The position numbers and the translations under genes are program-made. From the NCBI GenBank assembly GCA_049699855.1, contig JBNAWM010000044.1, forward strand, positions 1 to 12,086: a stretch of 12,086 bases of DNA, written 5' to 3'. The notes under the pieces were generated by a model that saw only the letters and a program-made list of their open reading frames with translations, made no database searches and had not been told where the DNA came from. Positions 1-7,269 of this stretch are shown here, in pieces (position 1 is the stretch's first letter; every line of letters starts with the position of its first letter). This stretch comes from Candidatus Cryosericum sp. Its GTDB lineage: Bacteria > Caldisericota > Caldisericia > Cryosericales > Cryosericaceae.

Positions 1-481
1 TCTGGTCACCGCATAGCTCGGTGACATCCCGGACCGTTTGCAGGCCGGGCTTCACCAGCTGCAGCGCGTGCGGTATGGCAAGGAAGCGGTAGATGCCCGG
101 TTCCAGTCCAGTGACTGCGCGCACCATGAGATACGTCTCGAGGGCATGGCGGGCGCCGCCCGATGGCACGGTCCGCAGGGTGCTCGGCCTCTTTGTCACG
201 GCTTTGACGCCCTGGGTGCACCACAGCAGGTACGACAGTTCCTTTAGGCTTAGAGGGTCATCTCGGTAGGCGCGGATGCTTTGGCGGCGGTCAATAGCGA
301 TGCGAATGTCCATCGCCGGCATCGCGAGCGTCTTTGGATCGGGCAGAGGGATGAGGGGGCGCGCGGGATCAGCCGGCAGCTCGAGGGGAGGCTGGGGAAG
401 CCCCTTCTGCTGATCGGATGGCTGATCGGGCATGTCGGCCCAGTAGCGTGTATCGTGTAGAAACTGTTGTCCGGAATCCAT
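1..481 (-). CDS. SagB/ThcOx-family (nitroreductase-fold) FMN-dependent dehydrogenase; 3' end lies outside the window
   Basis: Hand translation from ATG at 481 (RBS GAGGTG upstream) is open to the window edge: MDSGQQFLHDTRYWADMPDQPSDQQKGLPQPPLELP...IDRRQSIRAYRDDPLSLKELSYLLWCTQGV...LRTVPSGGARHALETYLMVRAVTGLEPGIYRF... It contains the FMN-binding RRxSxR motif, LSxLLWxxQG, RTxPSxGAxHxxExY and GLxxGxYxF, all typical of SagB-type nitroreductases. It is missing from the ORF track because there is no stop codon in the window. Confidence 0.9.
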   Translation of the reverse strand, partial: MDSGQQFLHDTRYWADMPDQPSDQQKGLPQPPLELPADPARPLIPLPDPKTLAMPAMDIRIAIDRRQSIRAYRDDPLSLKELSYLLWCTQGVKAVTKRPSTLRTVPSGGARHALETYLMVRAVTGLEPGIYRFLAIPHALQLVKPGLQTVRDVTELCGDQ

Positions 482-498
482 GAGTCACCTCAGCAGTA

Positions 499-538
499 TG
501 GTATACTCTTAGTGTAGGCGCTGAGGAATTGTTTGCAA
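499..538. promoter_or_regulatory. Candidate overlapping divergent sigma70-type promoters
   Basis: The + strand has an extended -10 TGGTATACT at 499-507, facing the BNR gene. The - strand has TTGCAA (538-533), a 16-nt spacer and TACACT (516-511), facing the nitroreductase. Motif match only. Confidence 0.45.
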
Positions 539-627
539 TCCGAACGGATACTCCGGCGGTGGGCAGGGTGTTGCTCTGCTCCAGGCTCTCTTCGGGAAGT
601 ACGTTCCGTGCTGGAAGGGGAAAAGAG

Positions 628-2598
628 ATGAAACGCGTTGGTTGGGTCGTGGCAGGGATCCTCGCTGTGCTCGTCGTGGCCGTTATCTGGTATGCCACTG
701 CCGGCGAGGCCGTTATGGTCCAGCACCTGTTCGTGAACGGAGCGGGTGTTCCTGCGGGAACGGTCTGGGTACGGTCTGACAAGGGCCTGGACGGGGGACC
801 GGTGACCGCCATTGCCACAGTTCCGGGACAAGGCCTTCCCCTCTACGCTGGCACCAACGACGATGAGATCTTTGTCTCGCTGGATGATGGGCACAGCTGG
901 GCCTCGGTGGGTGCGGCGCCGACCGGCCACTATGTCGTGGGCATCGAGATCGATCCCAGGGCTGGGGGGCGCATTGTGGGCAAAGCCGTCTATGGTGCTG
1001 GCTTCTTCCTCTCAGAGGATGCCGGTCGGACGTGGAAGAATGCCAGCAGGGGGCTTGGAAGTCGCACACTGTCGTGTCTTGCTGCTCCCTCCGGCGCGCC
1101 CGACACGCTGTTTGCGGGGACAAGTGATGCGGGGCTCTTTGTGTCGCACGATGGGGGACAGTCATGGCGCAGAGTTGGCAGCCGGGTACTTGACAGCAAT
1201 ATCGTGGCCGTTGCTGCCAGTGCGCGTGGTGATACCGTCTATGTGGCAACTCAGGTGCCCGGTCTCTCGGTCTCTCATGATGGAGGAGCAACATGGAGCG
1301 CTGTTGAACTGCCTCTCGGGACCGGGCCTGTGGTCACGGCGATTGCAGTCGATCCGGCGGATGCATCACGGCTGATGGTGAGTGTGGCGGGGCGTGGTGT
1401 CGGCGTTTCGACTGATGGAGGTGTGACCTGGACAGCTTCGCAAGGCGGTGCTCTTCCATCAGATTGCAGTGCGGTGCAGTTTCTCGCGGATGGATCCGAG
1501 GGCCTTGTGGCCGGCACGCAGTCCGGGTTGCTGTTTTTCTCGCAGGGTGGCGCCAAGTGGCAGAAGGCTTTCGGGATGGAGGGTGATGGGCGCGTGTTCA
1601 GCATCGTGCAGGCGCACGGTGGCGTGCTGGCAGCCACATCGCAGGGAGTCCTTGCCTCGGCGGATGGACGAACATGGCGTGCTTCCACCCGAGGGATTAC
1701 GAATCTGACCCTGCGCGGTCTGGCAGGATCGCCGAACAACACCAACATCCTTTATGCCGCGACGGATCAGGGGGTGTTTCGCAGCGTGGACGGCGGCGGT
1801 TCATGGGCAGGATGCTCCCAGCCCATACAGATATTGAGCGTGCTTGCGTTGCAGAAGGGGCAGACTGTTCTTGCGGGCGCATCGGACGGGTCGGTGCTGA
1901 GGAGTACCGATCGCGGAGAGCACTGGATATCCGTCAGCCGGGGGATCCCCGGGGTCAAGGTGAGCAGTCTGGTTTCGCCTGCATCGGACGGGGCGGTGGT
2001 CTATGCTGGAACAGACAATGGCTGCGCGGTCTCGGTCGATGCCGGCCTGACCTGGCAGGCCAGAGACAACGGGCTTGTGCCGATCATGTCGGCTGGTTCA
2101 CTGACGCCTCGCATCGAGATTGGGGCACTCCTGCCCCTGACCGGTGCCCCGGACGGGGCGATCCTGTCCCTGCTTGGTCAAGGACTCTTTGTGACGTCGG
2201 ATCAGGGTCGTCACTGGCTGCCTCTGGCAATGTCAACCGATGCGCAGTGGATCGTCGGCCTCGCCGCCGATCAGCAGACAGGAAACCTGTATGCGGGCAC
2301 AACGGCCAAGGGAGTCCTTGTGTCGAACGATCGAGGGAAAACATGGTCACCACCTGGCAGCGGGTTCTCCTCGGTGCTCTCGGTGCCGGGGTCCGTAAAT
2401 GCCCTCACAGTGGCCGGGGATGGCACTGTGTACGCTGGAACGCAGGAGCGCGGCGTTGTCGTCTCGCGAGACGGTGGAGCGACGTACCAGCTTCTCAACG
2501 CCGGTCTGCCAGCTCTGGCTGTGCGGGCGCTTGCTGTGCAGAAAACTGGCGTCTTTGCCGCAACGGCGCACCACCTGATGCGCCTTCAGACTCAGTAG
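628..2598 (+). CDS. BNR/Asp-box repeat beta-propeller protein (WD40/YVTN/BNR-like; VPS10/YCF48/GH74-like fold) with an N-terminal signal or anchor helix, about 656 aa
   Basis: ATG 628 follows a purine-rich RBS (GGAAGGGG) and opens MKRVGWVVAGILAVLVVAVIWYATA (basic residues then a hydrophobic helix), so it is preferred over TTG 529. About 13 S-x-D-x-G-x-T/S-W Asp-boxes are present: SLDDGHSW, SEDAGRTW, SHDGGQSW, SHDGGATW, STDGGVTW, SQGGAKW, SADGRTW, SVDGGGSW, STDRGEHW, SVDAGLTW, SDQGRHW, SNDRGKTW, SRDGGATY. Confidence 0.88.
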   Translation: MKRVGWVVAGILAVLVVAVIWYATAGEAVMVQHLFVNGAGVPAGTVWVRSDKGLDGGPVTAIATVPGQGLPLYAGTNDDEIFVSLDDGHSWASVGAAPTGHYVVGIEIDPRAGGRIVGKAVYGAGFFLSEDAGRTWKNASRGLGSRTLSCLAAPSGAPDTLFAGTSDAGLFVSHDGGQSWRRVGSRVLDSNIVAVAASARGDTVYVATQVPGLSVSHDGGATWSAVELPLGTGPVVTAIAVDPADASRLMVSVAGRGVGVSTDGGVTWTASQGGALPSDCSAVQFLADGSEGLVAGTQSGLLFFSQGGAKWQKAFGMEGDGRVFSIVQAHGGVLAATSQGVLASADGRTWRASTRGITNLTLRGLAGSPNNTNILYAATDQGVFRSVDGGGSWAGCSQPIQILSVLALQKGQTVLAGASDGSVLRSTDRGEHWISVSRGIPGVKVSSLVSPASDGAVVYAGTDNGCAVSVDAGLTWQARDNGLVPIMSAGSLTPRIEIGALLPLTGAPDGAILSLLGQGLFVTSDQGRHWLPLAMSTDAQWIVGLAADQQTGNLYAGTTAKGVLVSNDRGKTWSPPGSGFSSVLSVPGSVNALTVAGDGTVYAGTQERGVVVSRDGGATYQLLNAGLPALAVRALAVQKTGVFAATAHHLMRLQTQ

Positions 2599-3296
2599 TT
2601 CTCCTGTACCCAGCGCTCGAAGCCCACTGCATCGGACACATGGTCAGCACCCGAGGCGGCTATGTCCCCGATAGCGTGGTCGGTCACGAGGTAGGTCTCG
2701 ATGCCGGCAAGATGCGCAGACATGTCCTCAATGCAGTCATTGCCCACAGCGATCGCCTCCGAGGGATTCACGTTCATGAGCGCCGATACGTGCTGCCAGT
2801 ACTCGGCGTGAGGCTTGCAGTAACTTGAATTCTCCATGGTGCTGATGTACTCGAAGACTGAGGGGCTGAAGCCGGCCCAGGCCAGCCTCTTGTACGTGGC
2901 CAGCTGCGGAAACACGGGATTGGTGGTGAGCAGGATCCGGTACCCCTGGGCGCGCAGGTACACAACGCTTCGATACAGGGGCTCGGAGCGCCACACGACG
3001 TCTCGCACCGCGTCGAAGGTTGTGGCGTAGAACTCCATAATGCGGTCCCAGACAGCTTGCTGGTCAACATCAGGGTATACGACTTCGAATTCCTTCCTGA
3101 ACTTTTCCATGTTGGTGGTGCCAGGAGTGGCGTCCGCCTGCATGCGCGCTGTTGCCGTGAGCATGTTTCGGGCGAGTCCCTCGGCGGGGACGAGGCCGTG
3201 CAGGGCGCGGGCGAGTTCACCAAAGTACGTATGCATGAACTCGTGCTCATCCATGGCCAGCAAGGTACCGTCAAGGTCAAACAGAAATGTCTTCAT
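2592..3296 (-). CDS. HAD-superfamily hydrolase (phosphatase-like), 234 aa
   Basis: Motif I FDLDGTLL, motif II TTNP, motif III YCKP and motif IV GNDCIEDM are all present. RBS GAGGAG lies upstream of ATG 3296. Confidence 0.93.
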   Translation of the reverse strand: MKTFLFDLDGTLLAMDEHEFMHTYFGELARALHGLVPAEGLARNMLTATARMQADATPGTTNMEKFRKEFEVVYPDVDQQAVWDRIMEFYATTFDAVRDVVWRSEPLYRSVVYLRAQGYRILLTTNPVFPQLATYKRLAWAGFSPSVFEYISTMENSSYCKPHAEYWQHVSALMNVNPSEAIAVGNDCIEDMSAHLAGIETYLVTDHAIGDIAASGADHVSDAVGFERWVQENY

Positions 3297-3330
3297 GCCG
3301 CAAGCTCCTCATGTGACTCGGAATGCAAAA

Positions 3331-3358
3331 AGTATACCAGCAACGGCGCCGTTTGCTG
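3331..3358 (-). promoter_or_regulatory. Candidate extended -10 promoter for the HAD gene, with an adjacent palindrome
   Basis: TGGTATACT on the - strand (3339-3331) lies about 35 nt upstream of the ATG. A perfect palindrome AACGGCGCCGTT at 3342-3353 is flanked by CAGC and GCTG. Confidence 0.45.
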
Positions 3359-3413
3359 TGACGAACCCGAAACTCTTTGTTCATGCAGTAGTGGAGAACA
3401 CTTGCCCAGACTG

Positions 3414-3469
3414 TTGACTTTTTTGTGAAAGCTCCTAGGATTTGTTGCGTAACGTTAGGATTGTTGCGT
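3414..3469 (+). promoter_or_regulatory. Candidate mgl operon promoter and operator
   Basis: TTGACT (3414-3419), a 16-nt spacer and TAGGAT (3436-3441) form a promoter-like pair. Palindrome TAACGTTA lies at 3450-3457. A direct repeat TAGGAT(T)TGTTGCGT occurs at 3436-3450 and 3456-3469. Confidence 0.55.
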
Positions 3470-3504
3470 TTGTGGCAGAATCAACTAAAAAGGGAGGATT
3501 CAGA

Positions 3505-4533
3505 ATGAAGAAGATCGTGCTGCTGTTTGTTGCTGTCGCGCTGACGTTGTCTGTCGTGGGTTGCGCCCCCAAGGCTGTCACTCCAAAAATCGGTGTAAGC
3601 ATCTACAAGTTTGACGACACATTCATGTCCTATGTCCGCAACCAAATCCAATCCGCTGCGCAGGGCAAGATTGAGCTGTCTGTCCAGGACGCTCAGTATG
3701 ACCAGCCCAAGCAGAATGACCAGGTTGACCAGTTCCTGGCCGAGGGCGATACCGCTCTTGCCATCAACATGGTTGATCCATCAGCCGTTTCCGTCATCAT
3801 CGGCAAGTGCAAGGCCAAAAATGTTCCGCTCGTCCTCTTCAACCGCGAGCCGGCTGCAGCCGATATGGCGGCATGGGACAAAGTGTACTACGTTGGCGCC
3901 AAGGCTCAGCAGTCCGGCACCTATCAGGGCGAGATTGCCGCTGACTACTGGAAGTCTCATCCGGAAGCCGACCTCAACCATGATGGTATTATGCAGTATG
4001 TCATGCTGATGGGCGACCCCTCCAACACGGATGCCAAGTACCGCACGGAGTACTCCATCAAGGCAGTCGAAGCAGCCGGCATCAAGGTGCAGAAGCTTGC
4101 CGAAGATACCGCGATGTGGGACCGCGTCAAGGGGCAGGAAAAGATGGCTGCCTTCCTGACGGCCAACCCCGGCAAGATCGAAATGGTTTTCGCCAACAAC
4201 GATGACATGGGCCTCGGCGCCATCGAAGCTTTGAAGGCTGCCGGCTACTTCACCAATGGCAAGTACATGCCCGTTGTCAGCGTCGATGCCACCCCTCCAG
4301 CTCTTGATGCGCTTGCACAGGGCACGCTGCTGGGAACGGTTCTGAACGACGCCGTCAAGCAGGGTCAGGCTACGTTTGACCTTGCCTATGCGCTTGCGAC
4401 TGGTGCTCCAGCCAAGAGTGACGTTGCCCCGCTGGCGCTGCAGGATGGCACCGTTGATCCAGCCGGCAAGTACATTTGGGTTCCGTACGTCAAGGTCACG
4501 AAAGACAACTACAAGGACTTCATCAAGAAGTAG
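3505..4533 (+). CDS. mglB: Galactose/glucose ABC transporter substrate-binding lipoprotein, 342 aa
   Basis: ATG 3505 follows RBS GGGAGG. The lipoprotein signal is MKKIVLLFVAVALTLSVVG-C. GGBP hallmarks: IYKFDDTFMS, LAINMVDP, FNREP, YYVG, Ca-binding loop DLNHDGIMQY, TAMWD, ANNDDMGLGA, VDA, GTVLNDA, VPYVKV. Confidence 0.93.
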   Translation: MKKIVLLFVAVALTLSVVGCAPKAVTPKIGVSIYKFDDTFMSYVRNQIQSAAQGKIELSVQDAQYDQPKQNDQVDQFLAEGDTALAINMVDPSAVSVIIGKCKAKNVPLVLFNREPAAADMAAWDKVYYVGAKAQQSGTYQGEIAADYWKSHPEADLNHDGIMQYVMLMGDPSNTDAKYRTEYSIKAVEAAGIKVQKLAEDTAMWDRVKGQEKMAAFLTANPGKIEMVFANNDDMGLGAIEALKAAGYFTNGKYMPVVSVDATPPALDALAQGTLLGTVLNDAVKQGQATFDLAYALATGAPAKSDVAPLALQDGTVDPAGKYIWVPYVKVTKDNYKDFIKK

Positions 4534-4578
4534 GCTGTGGCTGAGGTTTCCGGCTGCATCTAGTTTCAATGTAGACAA

Positions 4579-4614
4579 CTGCATGGCGTGCGCTTCAGGG
4601 CGTGCGCCATGCAG
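4579..4614 (+). other. Intercistronic stem-loop between mglB and mglA (probable mRNA stabiliser or partial terminator)
   Basis: CTGCATGGCGTGCGC-TTCAGG-GCGTGCGCCATGCAG forms a 15-bp stem (13 Watson-Crick, 2 G-U). No U-tract follows. Confidence 0.7.
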
Positions 4615-4638
4615 CCACATGGTGGAGGTACTCTTTCG

Positions 4639-6153
4639 ATGAGCGACGGTGAATATGTTCTGGAGATGCGGAACGTTTCCAAGGAATTTCCTGGAGTAAA
4701 AGCTCTGGATGACGTCACGGTCAACATAGCTCCAGGGACGGTTCACGCGATTGTCGGCGAAAACGGAGCTGGCAAGTCGACGCTGATGAAGTGCGTCTTC
4801 GGCATCTATGGCGTTGACAGTGGTGAAGTGCTCCTTCAGGGGCGCCCCGTGTCATTCCTTAACACCAGGCAGGCGCTTGATGCGGGGATCGCCATGATCC
4901 AGCAGGAGCTTCTGCCGGTGCCGGAACGCAACGTCATGGACAACTTCTGGCTGGGGCGCTACCCGCAGAGGAACCTCGGCATCGTGAAGCTCATTGACGA
5001 GAAGAAGATGTATGCGGGCTGTAAAGCAGTCTTCGACGATCTCAAGATCGATATCAATCCAGCGACCAAGGTCGCCGACCTCTCTGCTTCCAAGATTCAG
5101 CTCATGGAGATAGCGCAGGCCGTGTCGTATCACTCCAAGGTTATCATCATGGACGAGCCGACATCGTCGCTGACGGAAAACGAGGTTGAGCACCTTTTTT
5201 CCATCATTCGACGTCTGCGCGACCAGGGCATCGCAGTTGTGTATATCTCGCACCGCATGGAAGAGATCTTCGAGATCTCGGATGAAGTAACTATCATGCG
5301 CGACGGCAAGTGCGTGGGTACCTATCCCACCAAGGAGCTCACGTCGGAATTCGTCATCCGGCAGATGGTGGGCCGGACGTTGACCAACCTGTTTCCTCCG
5401 CGCGAGAACACGCCGGGCGATGTCGTGCTTCAAGTCAGTGGCCTGACGTCGGTCTTGGAGCACTCGTTCAAGGATGTCTCCTTCGAGGTGAAGCGGGGAG
5501 AGATCTTTGGCATCGGCGGCCTCGTGGGGGCTCAGCGTAGTGAGCTGGTTGAGGCTCTCTTCGGCCTGCGCGGCGTCAAGAGTGGAACGGTCAACATCAA
5601 TGGCAAGAAGGCTGTCATCACCAACCCCCTCCAGGCCAAGCAGTACAAGATGGCCCTGCTCACCGAGGAGCGGCGCGCCACTGGCATCTTCCCGGTCCTC
5701 TCGGTCATGGACAATGCGCTGATGGCCAGTATCAGCAGGTACGTGCGCAAATCCGGGCTGATCGATCAGAAGCGGGCGAGCGCCGACGTTCAGCGAGAGG
5801 TGGAGATGCTCAAGGTCAAGACGCCCTCCATCTCGACACATGTGGAGTATCTTTCGGGCGGCAATCAGCAGAAGGTGATCGTCGCACGCTGGCTGCTGAC
5901 GGAACCGGAGATCCTGATCCTGGATGAACCGACAAGAGGCATCGACGTCGGGGCGAAGTATGAGCTGTACACGATCATCGCCGACCTGGCCAAGGCGGGA
6001 AAGACCATTATCATGATTTCCTCTGAAATGCCGGAGCTCATCGGCATGTCCGACCGCATCATGGTCATGTGTGAAGGCAGGGTCACCGGCATCCTCGATG
6101 GAAAAGAAGCGACGCAGGAAGCCATCATGACGCTTGCGACGCAGCTTATGTAA
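4639..6153 (+). CDS. mglA: Galactose/methyl-galactoside ABC transporter ATP-binding protein (CUT2, tandem ABC domains), 504 aa
   Basis: ATG 4639 follows RBS GGAGGT. Motifs: KEFPGVKALD, Walker A GENGAGKSTLMK, IIMDEPTSSL, YISHRMEEI, second domain LLTEERRATGIF, LSGGNQQKV, LDEPTRGIDVGAKYE, ISSEMPEL. It lies between mglB and mglC. Confidence 0.93.
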   Translation: MSDGEYVLEMRNVSKEFPGVKALDDVTVNIAPGTVHAIVGENGAGKSTLMKCVFGIYGVDSGEVLLQGRPVSFLNTRQALDAGIAMIQQELLPVPERNVMDNFWLGRYPQRNLGIVKLIDEKKMYAGCKAVFDDLKIDINPATKVADLSASKIQLMEIAQAVSYHSKVIIMDEPTSSLTENEVEHLFSIIRRLRDQGIAVVYISHRMEEIFEISDEVTIMRDGKCVGTYPTKELTSEFVIRQMVGRTLTNLFPPRENTPGDVVLQVSGLTSVLEHSFKDVSFEVKRGEIFGIGGLVGAQRSELVEALFGLRGVKSGTVNINGKKAVITNPLQAKQYKMALLTEERRATGIFPVLSVMDNALMASISRYVRKSGLIDQKRASADVQREVEMLKVKTPSISTHVEYLSGGNQQKVIVARWLLTEPEILILDEPTRGIDVGAKYELYTIIADLAKAGKTIIMISSEMPELIGMSDRIMVMCEGRVTGILDGKEATQEAIMTLATQLM

Positions 6154-6165
6154 CGGGAGACGAAC

Positions 6166-7200
6166 ATGAAGAATCCTGCATCGACGACTTCAAACAAGCG
6201 TTTCAGTGCACAGTCGATCCGCGAGTTCGCGACGAAGAACGCCATTGTGCTGGTCCTCGCAGCGTTGATTCTCGTGATCGGCATCGTCAAGAGTGACTTT
6301 CTGTCAGTACAGAATCTGGTGAACATCTTCAGGATCTCCTCGGTGCGACTCGTCATCGCTCTCGGGGCAGCGGGCATCCTGATCACCGGAGGCGTTGACC
6401 TGTCTGCCGGACGCGTCGTTGGCCTCGCAGCGGTCATTTCGGCCTCGCTTGCCCAGCGCCCCGACTATGCGAGCAAGATCTTTCCCAATCTGCCGTACAT
6501 GTGGATCATATTCCCCATTCTGGCGGGTGTTGCCGCCGGGCTTCTCGTGGGCATCATCAATGGCGTCGTCATCGCATACCTCAAGGTTCCTGCGTTCATT
6601 GCGACCCTTGGAACTATGGTCATTGTCTGGGGCGTCGCATCCCTGTATGTGGACCGGCCGCCGCTGGGGGCACAGCCGATCGGAGGACTGCGTGATGACT
6701 TCACGAACATCGGGACGGGCTCGATAGGAGGTATCTTCCCGACCATCATCCTTATCGCCCTGCTCGTCTATTTTGTCTATTGGATCCTGCTCAGCAAGAC
6801 CGAATTTGGCAGGAACCTCTATGCGATCGGCGGCAATTTGAATGCCGCGATTGTCTCGGGTGTCAACGTCAAGAGGAACCTGGTGGCCCTGTATTCCCTT
6901 GCGGGTTTGCTGTACGGCATCGCTGGCGTACTTCTTGCGGCCCGCTCTGGCGGCGCTACCAACAATTACGGCTCTGGCTATGAACTGGACGCCATTGCTG
7001 CTTCGGTCATCGGCGGTGTCTCTAACCTTGGTGGCCGCGGGACGGTCTCCGGCGTCCTCATCGGCGTTCTAATCTTTGAGGTCCTCAACAACGGACTTGT
7101 CGTGATAGGCGTCTCTGCCTACTGGCAGCAGGTTGTCAAGGGTATCATCATCGTCGCCGCTGTTGCAGTCGATATTCGCAAGTATACCGCCAAGCGGTAA
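6166..7200 (+). CDS. mglC: Galactose/methyl-galactoside ABC transporter permease, 344 aa
   Basis: Polytopic membrane protein with SSVRLVIALG, GVDLSAGRVVGLAAVISASL, PAFIATLGTM, FGRNLYAIGGN, GGATNNYGSGYELDAIAA and YWQQVVKGIII, matching the MglC subtype. RBS GGGAG. Confidence 0.93.
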   Translation: MKNPASTTSNKRFSAQSIREFATKNAIVLVLAALILVIGIVKSDFLSVQNLVNIFRISSVRLVIALGAAGILITGGVDLSAGRVVGLAAVISASLAQRPDYASKIFPNLPYMWIIFPILAGVAAGLLVGIINGVVIAYLKVPAFIATLGTMVIVWGVASLYVDRPPLGAQPIGGLRDDFTNIGTGSIGGIFPTIILIALLVYFVYWILLSKTEFGRNLYAIGGNLNAAIVSGVNVKRNLVALYSLAGLLYGIAGVLLAARSGGATNNYGSGYELDAIAASVIGGVSNLGGRGTVSGVLIGVLIFEVLNNGLVVIGVSAYWQQVVKGIIIVAAVAVDIRKYTAKR

Positions 7201-7233
7201 GAGCTCCGTTCGGAGCAGTCAGTACAAGGCAGG

Positions 7234-7269
7234 GTGCCCGGCAGGCAAATGCCGGGCACGTTTGCATTG
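7234..7269 (+). terminator. Probable weak intrinsic terminator or attenuator after mglC
   Basis: Perfect 10-bp stem GTGCCCGGCA-GGCAAA-TGCCGGGCAC (7234-7259) followed by an interrupted U-tract GTTTGCATT. A small upstream hairpin GCTCC-GTTC-GGAGC lies at 7203-7216. Confidence 0.55.

Noticed and set aside
6..247. ORF-track calls 6..224 (-) and 38..247 (+)
   Set aside because: Both lie inside the real SagB-type CDS, which is in another frame.
529..627. N-terminal extension of the BNR ORF from TTG 529; similar extensions at 3442 (mglB), 4588 (mglA) and 11732 (PAS)
   Set aside because: In each case a downstream ATG has a clear RBS and gives a family-typical N-terminus.
628..2598. Possible DNA-level tandem repeat or CRISPR-like array
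   Set aside because: The repetition is at the protein-motif level only. I saw no identical nucleotide repeats with spacers anywhere in the window.
1674..2828. 384-aa alternative-frame ORF across the BNR and HAD genes
   Set aside because: Arg/Gly/Cys-rich off-frame composition, and it overlaps two well-supported genes.
3781..4746. 321-aa antisense ORF over mglB
   Set aside because: It is a shadow frame of a codon-biased gene, with no motifs or RBS.
5080..5105. Degenerate ABC signature LSASKIQ in MglA
   Set aside because: This is normal for the first domain of CUT2 tandem ATPases and is not evidence of a pseudogene.
4852..5841. 329-aa antisense ORF over mglA
   Set aside because: Typical antisense shadow of an ABC ATPase in GC-rich DNA, with no recognisable domain.
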